Origin: Candidatus Binatia bacterium | Lineage (GTDB): Bacteria; Desulfobacterota; Binatia; UTPRO1 | Direction: 5' to 3' | Length of the DNA stretch: 64,000 bases | Assembly: GCA_041476145.1 (NCBI GenBank) | Contig: JBGOSW010000001.1 | Coordinates: forward strand, 572-64,571 | In this document: positions 8,732 through 18,257 of the stretch, in pieces | Position numbering within the stretch: the stretch's first letter is position 1 | How the letters are laid out: every line of letters begins with the position of its first letter | Position numbers and translations under genes: made by a program | The notes under the pieces: generated by a model | The model's database searches: none | What the model saw: the letters and a program-made list of their open reading frames with translations, nothing else | What the model was told of the DNA's origin: nothing

Positions 8732-9889
8732 ATGTGGCTCACGATGATCGTCGTGCAAGCGAGGCCGCACGTCCTGCCGACTATTCGTGGTGCGCTCGCC
8801 GCAGCGACGCGCGCGCTGCTCCTCCTGAGCGTCGTCACGACGACGACGGCGCCCGCACGCACCGCCGCCGCCGACGCGACCGCCGCCGTGCCGGCGACCA
8901 GCGACGCGGCCCTGGTGCCGCCGATGGTGGCCTTCCACCTCCGAGATGCCGGCGGCCGGCCGCTCGCGACACAGGACGACGTGCTCGGCGACCTCCCCGC
9001 CCTCGCGGTGCTCGACACCGGCGCCGGCACGCACCTCCTCTCGCACGACACCGCGCTCCGCTTCGGCGTGCGTGCCGACGCCGGTGCGCGCTGGGTGGAG
9101 ACCGGCCTCAGCGGCGAGCACGCGCTCGCGGTCTCGGCGCCGTACACCGTCGCGCTCGACGCCGGCACACCCCTCCTCCTGCCGGCGCAACGCCTGCTGC
9201 TGAACGACGTGCCGGCGACCGCGGCGACGATGCTCACGAACCCCGGCGCGATCGTCGACGTGATCGGCATGCCGGCGCTCGAGCGCGCGATCGTGGAGCT
9301 GCGCCTCGACGCCACGCTCGGCCTGCCGGCGGCGTCGCTCCTCCCCGCCGGAGGCGCCGTCCACGCGGATCGCTGGGTGCCGCTCGCGCTCGTCGACTTC
9401 AATCACCGGCACCATCCCGGCAACCGCGGTGCGCCGCCGACCATGGCGGCGAACCCGGTGCTGCGCGGGGTGCACGTCGTGCGCGGCACGCACGACGTGC
9501 GCGGCGATTGGCTCCTCGACACCGGATCGGCGGTGACCGTGCTCTCGACGGCAGGCGCGCGCGCGCTCGGGCTCGCGGAGCCGGCGCCGCTCTCGGCGCC
9601 CGTCGGCGGCATCTCCGGTTCGGAGGCGCTGCGCGGCTGGCGGGTCGACCGCATCGAGCTGCCGACGACCGCGGACGGCGTCCTCACCGTCACCGACGCC
9701 GCGATCTTCGTTCACGACGTCACGACGGTCACCGACGACGGTACCCGCACCACCCTCGACGGCATTCTCGGCACGAATCTGTTGGCCGCATTCGCGCGCG
9801 TGGTGATCGACGTACCGCACGCCCGCCTCGGATTCGACTTGCCGCCCGCGGACGACGACCTCGGAAAACCGCGTAGCCTCCATCGATGA
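8732..9889 (+). CDS. secreted aspartic protease with two tandem retropepsin-like domains
   Basis: Track ORF 8582..9889. The internal ATG at 8732 is followed by a signal-like segment (ALAAATRALLLLSVV). There are two catalytic-type motifs: LDTGAGTHLLS (DTG at 9014-9022) and LLDTGSAVTVLS (DTG at 9518-9526). Each is followed downstream by an (I)xG-x-x-(L) motif (VIGMPALE; ILGTNLL), as in retropepsins. Confidence 0.7.
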   Translation: MWLTMIVVQARPHVLPTIRGALAAATRALLLLSVVTTTTAPARTAAADATAAVPATSDAALVPPMVAFHLRDAGGRPLATQDDVLGDLPALAVLDTGAGTHLLSHDTALRFGVRADAGARWVETGLSGEHALAVSAPYTVALDAGTPLLLPAQRLLLNDVPATAATMLTNPGAIVDVIGMPALERAIVELRLDATLGLPAASLLPAGGAVHADRWVPLALVDFNHRHHPGNRGAPPTMAANPVLRGVHVVRGTHDVRGDWLLDTGSAVTVLSTAGARALGLAEPAPLSAPVGGISGSEALRGWRVDRIELPTTADGVLTVTDAAIFVHDVTTVTDDGTRTTLDGILGTNLLAAFARVVIDVPHARLGFDLPPADDDLGKPRSLHR

Positions 9890-9978
9890 CGATGGTGTCG
9901 CCGGTGACGACGGCGACACACCCGGTCAGATCGAAGGGACGGTAGGCCCTGGCACGCACTCCTTGCGCGGCACGCCCG

Positions 9979-11199
9979 TCACGACCGCTTCGCCGCTTCC
10001 GTGACACGGACGGCGGCACCGTCGCTCACGTGCGAGGCGTCGCCGGCGACCAGCGACTCGCCACCGACGAGTCCGTCCATGATCTGTACTTGGTCGCCGA
10101 GCTCGGCGCCGACGATGACGGCTTGGCGGCGTACGTGCGCGTCCGCCACGATCCAGACGTAGGCGCCACGCTCGTCCTGGCGGAGCGCGGCACGCGGCAG
10201 GAGGACGACGGCGCCTCCCGGGGCCGGCGCGCGGGCCTCGGCGAGGAAGTTGATGCGCACGCTCATGTCGGGAAGCAGCTTGTCGTTCGGCGGTGGGATC
10301 TGCACCTCCACCTTGAGCGTGCCCTTCTGACGGTTGATCTGTGGATAGAGCTTCACGACGCGCGCGCCGTAGGTGCGATCCGGATAGGCGTCGGGAACGA
10401 CCTCGGCGCCTTGCCCCATCTGGATGCGATGCAGGTCGGACTCGTTGATGTCGACCTCGGCGCGGAGATCCTCGAGGTTGGCCATGCGAATGAGGTCGCC
10501 CGCGCCCTCGAAGCCGCCGGGCACGGCGATCTCGCCGACCTCCTTCAGCTTGGCGAGAATGACCCCGTCGCGCGGGGCACGCAGCACCGTGTAATCGAGC
10601 TGCACCGTCGCCTGCGTGCGCTGCGCTTGCAGCTGCGCGATGGTGGCGCGGTCGACGGCGACGCGGTTCACCGCCTGGTCGAGGTCCGCCTGGGAGATGA
10701 TGTGCTGCACGTGTAGCGCGCGCGCCCGCGCCAGATCGCTCTCGTGCAACGTCAGATTCGCCTCGCTGGTGCGCAGCGCCGCCTCCGCCTGCGCGACCGC
10801 GGCGCGGTAGTCGCGATCGTCGAGCGCGACCAGGGAATCGCCGGTATGCACCGACTGTCCCTCCTCGACGAAGTAGCGCTCGATGCGGCCCGGCACACGC
10901 ACACCGATCGAGATGTACTTCTCGCCGGTCACGACGTAGCCGGAGCCGGAGAGCACGGTGCCGCGCACCGGCGTCCCGGCGGCGACGGCCGTCGCCGCCA
11001 CGACGTGCACCTCGGGGATCCGTCCGCCGCGCACGCGGGCGCCGATCCAGACCGCCGCCAGCGCGCCGATCGCGAGTGCGCTCCACAGCAGCGGCCGGCG
11101 TCGGGACGTCGCCGTCTCGGCGTCGTCGCGCTCGATGCGCAGCGACGCCAGCTCGCTTCGCAGGCGCTCCTCGCGCTCGTTCGGACGGGGTGTGCTCAT
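9979..11199 (-). CDS. HlyD/MacA-family periplasmic adaptor subunit
   Basis: Track ORF 9979..11244. The product has an N-terminal TM anchor (LLWSALAIGALAAVWIG), a coiled-coil region and a beta-barrel C-terminus. The ATG at 11199 overlaps the upstream permease stop (ATGA). Confidence 0.85.
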   Translation of the reverse strand: MSTPRPNEREERLRSELASLRIERDDAETATSRRRPLLWSALAIGALAAVWIGARVRGGRIPEVHVVAATAVAAGTPVRGTVLSGSGYVVTGEKYISIGVRVPGRIERYFVEEGQSVHTGDSLVALDDRDYRAAVAQAEAALRTSEANLTLHESDLARARALHVQHIISQADLDQAVNRVAVDRATIAQLQAQRTQATVQLDYTVLRAPRDGVILAKLKEVGEIAVPGGFEGAGDLIRMANLEDLRAEVDINESDLHRIQMGQGAEVVPDAYPDRTYGARVVKLYPQINRQKGTLKVEVQIPPPNDKLLPDMSVRINFLAEARAPAPGGAVVLLPRAALRQDERGAYVWIVADAHVRRQAVIVGAELGDQVQIMDGLVGGESLVAGDASHVSDGAAVRVTEAAKRS

Positions 11200-12374
11200 G
11201 CCTTCCGCAGCGCCTCGACCGGGCGCATACTCGCCGCGTGCCACGCCGGCAGCAGGCCGCCGGCAAGTCCGATCACGCTCGCGAAGACGAGCGCGACTCC
11301 GAGGTCGCTCGCGCTCACGCGTAAAGTGACGACGTTGACGGTGAAGGTCTGCGCGCCGAAGGCGATGCCACCGAGAGCGACGCGCAGGACGACCGCCACC
11401 AGCATGGTGCCGACCGCACCGACGACGAAGCCGACCAATGACAGCACGAACGACTCGACGACGAACGCGCGCAGGATGGTGCCGCGCGAGAAGCCGAGCG
11501 CGCGCAAGGTCCCGATCTCGATCGTTCGACTCTGCACCGCGGCGAACATCGTGTTGGCGGCGCCGAAGCCCGCGGCGATGCCGATCGGGATCGCCAGGAT
11601 CACGAGCAGCACGTACAACGTTCCCGCGCTCTTCGCCTGCTCCGCGTAGTACTCGACTTCCGGCGTCGCTTGCAGCGTGTAGCGCGGGTCGCTCTCGATG
11701 CGCTCGACGAGCGCGCCGCGATCGGCGCCGGGCGCGAGCTTCAGACGAATGCCCGAGTATGGAAAGTGTCGGGTGGCGTCGCGCGCGAGGTCGCGGGCGT
11801 CGCCCCAGATCTCGCTCTCGAAGGACGACCCGCCCGACTCCAGGATGCCGACGACGCGCCAGTTGTGACGGCCGATGAAAAGCTCCGAGCCGATCTCGGC
11901 GCCGGCGTAGCGGCCGGCGACGCCGCGGCCGACGACGATCTCGCCTTCGCTCGGATGGAACATTCGCCCCTCGGCGATCCGCACCTCGTCGTGCACCGCG
12001 AGCGCCACCGGCTCGACGCCGCGCACCAGCACGTTCTCGCGTCCGCCGGCACGCGTCCGCGCGAACGGCTGCAGCACCATCTCCGGCGACGCCAGCGGCG
12101 TGCCGTCCGGAAGGCGCGCAACGCCGTCGAGAAAACGAATCGCCTGGAACGCCTCGAGCGAGAGCATGCTCGAGCCGTCGCTGTCCGAGCCCTTGCGCAG
12201 CACGATCAGGTTGTCCGGCGAGCCGCTCGCGACCAGCGTGTGCTTCATGCTGGTGATGAGCGCGAGGAACACCGAGGTGGCGGTCACCGCGAGCGCGATG
12301 ACGCCGATCGTGAGCGCCGTACGCCCGAGACGCGCGCGCACGTTGCGGACGGCATAGGAGAGCGGCAGACCCAT
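11196..12374 (-). CDS. ABC transporter permease, FtsX/MacB-type (permease 2)
   Basis: This is the internal part of track ORF 11196..13547. The ATG at 12374-12372 (MGLPLSYAVRNVRARLGRTALT) shares one nucleotide with the stop TGA (12376-12374) of the upstream permease (TGATG). The N-terminal TM helix, large periplasmic domain and C-terminal FtsX TM bundle fit the family. Confidence 0.85.
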   Translation of the reverse strand: MGLPLSYAVRNVRARLGRTALTIGVIALAVTATSVFLALITSMKHTLVASGSPDNLIVLRKGSDSDGSSMLSLEAFQAIRFLDGVARLPDGTPLASPEMVLQPFARTRAGGRENVLVRGVEPVALAVHDEVRIAEGRMFHPSEGEIVVGRGVAGRYAGAEIGSELFIGRHNWRVVGILESGGSSFESEIWGDARDLARDATRHFPYSGIRLKLAPGADRGALVERIESDPRYTLQATPEVEYYAEQAKSAGTLYVLLVILAIPIGIAAGFGAANTMFAAVQSRTIEIGTLRALGFSRGTILRAFVVESFVLSLVGFVVGAVGTMLVAVVLRVALGGIAFGAQTFTVNVVTLRVSASDLGVALVFASVIGLAGGLLPAWHAASMRPVEALRKA

Positions 12375-13540
12375 CAGAAGACGTCCCACAAGCTGGTCGC
12401 CACGGACTTGCGCGCGGCGCCGTAGGCGGGCGCGATGCCGGCGACGAATCCGACGACGACGGCGAGGCCGACGCCCTCGGCGACGATCCCCGGGCTCACG
12501 AGGAAGCCCGAGAGCGGCCCGAGCTCGGCATTCCAACCGCCGGTCGTCGTCTTCACCGCCGCCGTGAACGCGTAGGTGAGGAGCGCACCGCTGCCGCCGG
12601 CGACGGTGGCGAGGATCGTCGACTCCGCGACCAGCGTCGTGAAGATGAGCCGGCGGCCGAAACCGATGGCGCGCAGGATCGCGATCTCGCGCGCGCGCTC
12701 GCGCACCGCCATGCTCGCGGTGTTGGCGGCGATGCAGAGCACGCAGAGCGCGACCAGGCCGGTCACCAGGAGAATGATCGTCACGAATCCCTGCAGCGAG
12801 CCGAAGAAGCTCGTGAAGAACGATTTCTCGGTCTCGGCCGAGGTCTCCGCGACGCTGTTGCGGAACATCGCGTCGAAGTGCGCCATCACGCCGTCGACGA
12901 GCGCGGGATCGGCCACCCGTACCCACACGATCCCGACGATGTCGAGCGACACGCCGCGCGCCTGCATCGCCTGCGCCAGATACTCGCGTTGGAACCAGAA
13001 GAGCGGCGCGCGCGCGTTCGGGATCTCGCCGACGATGCGGAACGTGAGCGAGACCGGCCACACCGTGCTCCGCAACGTCACCTCCTGCCCCACCCGCCAG
13101 CCGTACTTCTCCATGGTCTGGCGGCCGACGATGGCGCCGTCGCGATGGCGGCGAAAGCGTTCGAGAGCGGTCCGGTCGATCTCGTAGTCGGGCCAGACGG
13201 CGGCGACGTGCTCGGGCTCGATCGCGAAGCTCGGAAAGGTGACGTGGCCCTCCTCCTCGAACGCGCCGCCGAACCACGTGACGCCGTCGGCGCCGACGAC
13301 TCCCGGCACCGCGCGCATCTTGTTCACGTACGCGAACGGCATCTGGTAGACGAGGCCGCTCTTGTGGTGCACGGAAATGCGGACGTTGCTCGCGATCTGC
13401 GACAGGAAGACGTCGATCCCCGCCGGCATGGTGAGGAAGAAGCACACCAGCAATACCGCGAGGCCGATGGCACCGCCGGTGAGCGCGGTGCGGAGCTTGT
13501 TGCGCACGAGGTTGCGCAGGATGAGGGGCAGGAATTTCAC
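12374..13540 (-). CDS. ABC transporter permease, FtsX/MacB-type (permease 1)
   Basis: This is the internal part of track ORF 12374..14293. The GTG at 13540 (VKFLPLILRNLVRNKLRTALT) overlaps the ATPase stop (GTGA, 13537-13540). The architecture matches permease 2. Confidence 0.85.
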   Translation of the reverse strand: MKFLPLILRNLVRNKLRTALTGGAIGLAVLLVCFFLTMPAGIDVFLSQIASNVRISVHHKSGLVYQMPFAYVNKMRAVPGVVGADGVTWFGGAFEEEGHVTFPSFAIEPEHVAAVWPDYEIDRTALERFRRHRDGAIVGRQTMEKYGWRVGQEVTLRSTVWPVSLTFRIVGEIPNARAPLFWFQREYLAQAMQARGVSLDIVGIVWVRVADPALVDGVMAHFDAMFRNSVAETSAETEKSFFTSFFGSLQGFVTIILLVTGLVALCVLCIAANTASMAVRERAREIAILRAIGFGRRLIFTTLVAESTILATVAGGSGALLTYAFTAAVKTTTGGWNAELGPLSGFLVSPGIVAEGVGLAVVVGFVAGIAPAYGAARKSVATSLWDVF

Positions 13541-14265
13541 GCCGCACCGCCGCGCGCCGGCGGTCGCTCCCGCACGTCGTTGCCTTCGGTCCCGAGCAAT
13601 ACGCCTTTGTCGAGGTGGAATACGACGTCGACCCAGCGCGTGGCGCGCGGGTCGTGGGTCACCATGACGACCGTCTTCGCGAGCTCGCGGCTCAAATCGC
13701 GCAGGATGCCGAGGACCTCGTCGGCGCTGCGGGCGTCGAGGTCGCCGGTCGGCTCGTCGGCGATGATGAGGTCGGGGTCGGCAACGAGCGCACGCGCGAT
13801 CGCGACCCGTTGTTGCTCGCCGCCGGAGAGCTCGCTCGGGACGTGGCGCGCGCGCGGCGCGAGACCGACGACGCGCAGCGCCGTCGCCGCGCGGCGCGCG
13901 CGCTCGCCGCGTCCGAACGCCGTCAACAAGAGCGGCAACTCGACGTTCTCCTGCGCCGACAGCACCGGAATGAGGTTGTAGAATTGGAAGATCAACCCCA
14001 CGTGACGGGATCGCCAATGCGCGAGCTCGTCCTCCGAGAGGTCGTTCAAGCGCCGACCGGCGACCCACACTTCGCCGGCGCTCGGTCGGTCGATGCCCGA
14101 GAGGAGATTGAGCAGCGTCGACTTGCCGGACCCCGACGGCCCCATGAGGGCGGCGAAGACGCCGCCCTCGATCGCGAGCGACACGTGCTCGAGCGCGTGC
14201 ACGACGTCGACGCCGCGCCGGTACCAGCGCGAAACGTCTCGCAGCGTGATCAGCGGCTCGGCCAC
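13537..14265 (-). CDS. ABC transporter ATP-binding protein (MacB/LolD-like)
   Basis: Walker A GPSGSGKSTLLN, signature LSGGEQQRVAIARAL and Walker B LIIADEPTGDLD are all present. Confidence 0.93.
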   Translation of the reverse strand: MAEPLITLRDVSRWYRRGVDVVHALEHVSLAIEGGVFAALMGPSGSGKSTLLNLLSGIDRPSAGEVWVAGRRLNDLSEDELAHWRSRHVGLIFQFYNLIPVLSAQENVELPLLLTAFGRGERARRAATALRVVGLAPRARHVPSELSGGEQQRVAIARALVADPDLIIADEPTGDLDARSADEVLGILRDLSRELAKTVVMVTHDPRATRWVDVVFHLDKGVLLGTEGNDVRERPPARGGAA

Positions 14266-14317
14266 GTGTCCGCGGCGCGTCTGCTCGCGGCACGTCGACG
14301 TCGTGCCGCGAAGCGCG

Positions 14318-15499
14318 TCAACACGCCTCGAAGAGACCCGCCATCCCCATCCCGCCGCCGATGCACATCGTCACCAGACCGAGGCGCTTCTTGCGGCGCC
14401 GCAGCTCGCGCAGCAGTTGGCCGGTCATGCGCGAGCCCGTCATCCCGTAGGGGTGACCGATCGAGATCGAACCGCCGAGCGGGTTCAGCTTCTCGTCGGG
14501 GATCCCGAGCTGGCGCTGGCAATAGAGGAGCTGCGACGCGAACGCCTCGTTGAGCTCGACGATGTCGATGTCTTTCATCGTGAGACCGTGGCGCTTCAAG
14601 AGTTTCGGAACCGCGAAGACCGGCCCGATGCCCATCTCCTCGGGCCGGCATCCCGCGACCGCGAAGCCGCGGAAGATGCCGAGCGGCGCGATGCCGAGCT
14701 CCTTGGCGCGCTCGCGCGACATCAGGACGGTCGCGGAAGCGCCGTCGGAAAGCTGCGAGGCGTTTCCCGCCGTCACCGTACCGTCCTCCTTGAAGGAGGG
14801 CTTCAGCTTCGCGAGCCCTTCGAGCGTCGTGTCGGGGCGGTTGCACTCGTCCTGCGAGATCTCGACGTCTTCGAACGTCAGGTTGCCGTCCGGTCCCTTG
14901 ACCGCCTTCTGCGCCCGCATCGGGATGATGTCGTCCTTGAACTTCCCATCGCGCTGCGCCGCCGCGGTGCGCTGCTGGCTGAGCAGCGCGTAGCGATCCT
15001 GATCCTCACGCGAGATCTTGTAGCGCTCGGCCACGACCTCCGCCGTCTGGCCCATGCCCATGTAGATGCCCGGCCACATCTCCTGCACCTTGCCGTTCAC
15101 CAGGTTGTTCATGTTCTGCTGGCCCTGCACCATCGAGATCGACTCCGTACCGGCACCGATCGCAGCGCTCGCGCCTTCGTGCATGATCTGATGCGCCGCC
15201 ATCGCGATCGCTTGCAGGCCCGACGAGCAGAAGCGGTTGACGGTCGTCGCCGCGATCGTCTCCGGCAAACCCGCGCCGAGCGCCGCCACGCGCGCGACGT
15301 TCATCCCCGAGGGACCTTCCGGCAACCCGCAGCCGCAGATGATGTCCTCGATCTCCGCGACCGGCAGCTGCGGCACTTGCGCGAGCGCGCCCTTGATGGC
15401 GGCCGACGCCAGGTCGTCGGGACGGGTGGCGTTCAGGGCTCCGCGGAACGACTTGCCGAGCGGGGTTCGAGCGCTGGCGACGATCACGGCTTCATGCAT
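14318..15499 (-). CDS. acetyl-CoA C-acyltransferase (thiolase)
   Basis: The 393-aa product has VNRFCSSGLQAI (nucleophile Cys) and the C-terminal CIGGGMGMAG. A GAAGGAGAG Shine-Dalgarno lies upstream. Confidence 0.93.
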   Translation of the reverse strand: MHEAVIVASARTPLGKSFRGALNATRPDDLASAAIKGALAQVPQLPVAEIEDIICGCGLPEGPSGMNVARVAALGAGLPETIAATTVNRFCSSGLQAIAMAAHQIMHEGASAAIGAGTESISMVQGQQNMNNLVNGKVQEMWPGIYMGMGQTAEVVAERYKISREDQDRYALLSQQRTAAAQRDGKFKDDIIPMRAQKAVKGPDGNLTFEDVEISQDECNRPDTTLEGLAKLKPSFKEDGTVTAGNASQLSDGASATVLMSRERAKELGIAPLGIFRGFAVAGCRPEEMGIGPVFAVPKLLKRHGLTMKDIDIVELNEAFASQLLYCQRQLGIPDEKLNPLGGSISIGHPYGMTGSRMTGQLLRELRRRKKRLGLVTMCIGGGMGMAGLFEAC

Positions 15500-15697
15500 G
15501 GATGCTCTCCTTCGAGTGATGCGGTTTCGGACGACGAACGGGGTACCTGAGGACGGCCGTCACCCTACGCAAACCGCGCGAGTTTTGGAAGAGCGCAGCG
15601 CGGCATGTGCGGGGCAAGCGAGGGGGATGCTCGCGGAGGCGGAAGAGAAGTCTACGGCTCCGCGCGCACCCGGCGCTCGTCCCGGACTCGCAACGGG

Positions 15698-17224
15698 TCA
15701 GTGTGCCCCGAGGTTCACCCAGACGGTCTTGATCTGCGTGTAGAGCTCGAGCGCTGCCTTCCCCATCTCGCGCCCGAACCCACTCTGCTTGTAGCCGCCG
15801 AACGGCGCCGCCGCGTCGAACATGTTGTAGCAGTTGATCCAGACCGTCCCGGCCTTGAGATTCTCGGCGAGACGGTGCGCCTTGCTGATGTCGCGCGTCC
15901 ATACTGCGGCGGCGAGGCCGTAGGTGGTGTCGTTACCGGCGGCGAGGACCTCGTCGGGATCTTTGAACGGGATCGCGCAGACCACCGGCCCGAAGATCTC
16001 CTCACGGATGATCTTCATCTCCGGCTTCACGTCGGTGAAGACCGTCGGCGCGACGAAGTAGCCCTTGTCGAACTGCTTCGGGCGACCGCCGCCGGTCGCG
16101 ACCTTGGCGCCTTCCTTGCGACCGGCGTTCAAGAAGCCGTTCACGCGTTGGAACTGCTCGGAGGAGACGAGCGGACCCATCTCGGAAGACAGATCCATGC
16201 CGGGGCCGATCTTGATCTTCTCCGAGTACTCGATGAGCCGCGGCATCAGCTTGTCGTAGACTTTCTGCTCGACGAACAGGCGCGAGCCGGCGCAGCAGCA
16301 CTGGCCATGGTTGAAGAAGATGGCGTTGGCGGCGCCGGCAGCGGCCTCGTCGAGGTCGGCGTCGGCGAAGACGATGTTCGGTGACTTGCCACCGAGCTCG
16401 AGCGACACGCGCTTCAGGTTGCTGGTCGCTGCGGCCTTCATGATGAGATGGCCGACCTCCGTGGAGCCGGTGAACGCGACCTTGTCGACGTCGGGATGCG
16501 ACGCGATCGCGGCGCCCGCGGTCTCGCCGAAGCCGGTGACGATGTTGACGACGCCGGGCGGAAAACCCGCCTCCTCGAGCAGTTCGCCGAGACGCAACGC
16601 CGAAAGCGGCGTCTGCTCGGCCGGCTTCAGCACGACGGTGTTGCCGCAGGCGAGCGCGACGCCGAGTTTCCACGCCGCCATCAGCAGCGGAAAGTTCCAG
16701 GGGATGATCTGCCCGACGACGCCGACAGGCTCGCGACGCGTATACGTGAGGACGCGCTGCCCGGGAATGGAGACCGGAATCGTCTCGCCCTCGATCTTGG
16801 TCGCCCAGCCGGCGTAGTAGCGGAAGTGATCGACGACCAGCGGGATGTCGGCGACGCGCGCGACCGCGAGCGGCTTGCCGTTGTCGAGGGTCTCGAGCTG
16901 CGCGAATTCTTCGCTGCGCGCTTCGATGAGGTCGGCGAGCTTCCAGATCGCGCGTCCGCGCTCGGACGCCGTCATCCGCGGCCACGGGCCGCTCTCGAGG
17001 GCGCGGCGCGCGGCGCGTACGGCGCGGTCGACGTCTTCCTTGTCGCCGGCGGGCACGTCGCAGAGCGGCTCCTCCGTGGCGGGGTCGTACGTCGTGAGGG
17101 TCTCCCCGGACGCCGCTTCCACCCACTTGCCGTCGATCAGCATCCGCCGCGATCGTTTGCCGATGAATTGCCGTACCTCGGAGTGCACCCCCGGATACGA
17201 GGACTGCATGCTGGGTTGTGCCAT
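15698..17224 (-). CDS. NAD(P)-dependent aldehyde dehydrogenase
   Basis: This is the internal part of track ORF 15698..18292, starting at the ATG at 17224 ([10 protein letters not shown]). Catalytic motifs [12 protein letters not shown] and [13 protein letters not shown] are present. Confidence 0.92.
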   Translation of the reverse strand: MAQPSMQSSYPGVHSEVRQFIGKRSRRMLIDGKWVEAASGETLTTYDPATEEPLCDVPAGDKEDVDRAVRAARRALESGPWPRMTASERGRAIWKLADLIEARSEEFAQLETLDNGKPLAVARVADIPLVVDHFRYYAGWATKIEGETIPVSIPGQRVLTYTRREPVGVVGQIIPWNFPLLMAAWKLGVALACGNTVVLKPAEQTPLSALRLGELLEEAGFPPGVVNIVTGFGETAGAAIASHPDVDKVAFTGSTEVGHLIMKAAATSNLKRVSLELGGKSPNIVFADADLDEAAAGAANAIFFNHGQCCCAGSRLFVEQKVYDKLMPRLIEYSEKIKIGPGMDLSSEMGPLVSSEQFQRVNGFLNAGRKEGAKVATGGGRPKQFDKGYFVAPTVFTDVKPEMKIIREEIFGPVVCAIPFKDPDEVLAAGNDTTYGLAAAVWTRDISKAHRLAENLKAGTVWINCYNMFDAAAPFGGYKQSGFGREMGKAALELYTQIKTVWVNLGAH

Positions 17225-17332
17225 GACGCCTCTCCTTTCACGGACCGCGGGCGCGACACCACGCCGCGGCCGAATGCGATGAGACGACGATTCTAGTCGA
17301 GGCCGGGTGCTCGTTGCCATAGGAATCTGCCC

Positions 17333-18199
17333 GTGGAAAGTGAGAGTGTGCTGGCGCGCATCGATCGAGTACAGATCGCGGTCGTCGACCGGACCGGCGC
17401 GGCCGACGCCTTGCGCCGGCTCCTGGATGCCGAGATCGTCGACGAGGACGCGATCACCCCGCTTGCGACGCGGCGCGCGACGCTCGCCGTCGGCACGTCG
17501 GCGATCGAGCTTCTGGAGCCCGACGGCACCGGCCCCGTCGACACGCACCTGCGGCGCTTCGGACCCGGACTCTTCGCCGCCGGGTTCGCGACGGTGTCCG
17601 TCGCGGCGCTGCGCGCGCGCTTGGTGGCGGGCGCGATCTCCTTCGTGGAGGCCGGCGAGCAGCTCCTTCTCGCCCCCGCCGCCAGCGGCGATCACGGCCT
17701 CCGTTGCGTCGTCTCGCCGCTCCGCGAGCGCTCCCCCGTCGGACTCGTGAGCCACCTCTACGAGGTCACGAACCTCGTGACCGACTACGCCGCCGCGAGC
17801 GCACGCTACGCCGACGTCTTCGGCCTCGCACCCGAGCGCTTCTGCCCGATCGAGAGCGCCGCGTTCGGCTATCGCGGCGTCCTCACCATGTTCGATCCCG
17901 CTGCGCGCCTCGACCGCATCGAGTGCGTGACTCCCTACGACGGCGCAAAAACCATGGGACGCTTCCTCGCGAGGCGCGGCGAGTGCCTCTACATGTGCTT
18001 CGCCGAGGCACCGGATCTCCGTCCGATCATCGCCCGTCTCGAGGAGCACGCGCCGCGCGATTGGTCGGCGGCGCCGTTCGGCCCGGCCACCGACACGCTC
18101 TTCGTGCACCCGAAGGCGCTCTCGGGCCTGCTCCTCGGCGTCAGCCGGACGAGTGTCGCCTGGAGTTGGTCCGGACGTCCGGAGCGCGTCACGCGCTGA
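17333..18199 (+). CDS. two-domain VOC/glyoxalase-fold protein
   Basis: The 288-aa product has two repeats of a glyoxalase-like beta-alpha-beta-beta-beta pattern ([10 protein letters not shown]...; [11 protein letters not shown]...). Either the GTG at 17333 or the GTG at 17348 could be the start. Confidence 0.6.
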   Translation: MESESVLARIDRVQIAVVDRTGAADALRRLLDAEIVDEDAITPLATRRATLAVGTSAIELLEPDGTGPVDTHLRRFGPGLFAAGFATVSVAALRARLVAGAISFVEAGEQLLLAPAASGDHGLRCVVSPLRERSPVGLVSHLYEVTNLVTDYAAASARYADVFGLAPERFCPIESAAFGYRGVLTMFDPAARLDRIECVTPYDGAKTMGRFLARRGECLYMCFAEAPDLRPIIARLEEHAPRDWSAAPFGPATDTLFVHPKALSGLLLGVSRTSVAWSWSGRPERVTR

Positions 18200-18257
18200 G
18201 GATTCGCCGCCGTTTGGACGTTGCGGATCCGACCTGGCCTCACTAGTGTCGAGCGGC

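Noticed and set aside
7264-9402. Very long ORFs antisense to or out of frame with recognisable genes. Examples are 7264..9402(-), 8558..9919(-), 27215..29083(-), 32060..34996(+), 45159..47021(-), 47478..48965(-), 51745..53718(-), 59065..61056(+) and 62696..63802(-).
   Set aside because: Their translations are Arg/Ala/Gly/Pro-rich, low-complexity and without motifs. Each lies opposite or overlapping a gene with clear family signatures. This is the expected shadow-ORF artefact of ~70% GC DNA.
9864-9938. Minus-strand peptide PFDLTGCVAVVTGDTIVIDGGYAVF, which resembles the C-terminal ITGQTxxVDGG motif of short-chain dehydrogenases. It could be a gene remnant.
   Set aside because: Only about 25 residues are involved. 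There is no upstream Rossmann or catalytic-tetrad sequence in frame and no stop at the expected position. It partly overlaps the protease 3' end. A chance match in GC-rich DNA cannot be excluded.
11196-14293. Apparent giant proteins in the ORF track: 11196..13547, 12374..14293, 15698..18292, 49547..51664, 50890..54015 and 56909..58876.
   Set aside because: The N-terminal portions are Arg-rich read-through of the upstream gene in another frame. Internal ATG or GTG starts coincide with 1-4 nt start/stop overlaps and with the first recognisable domain residues, so I trimmed them.
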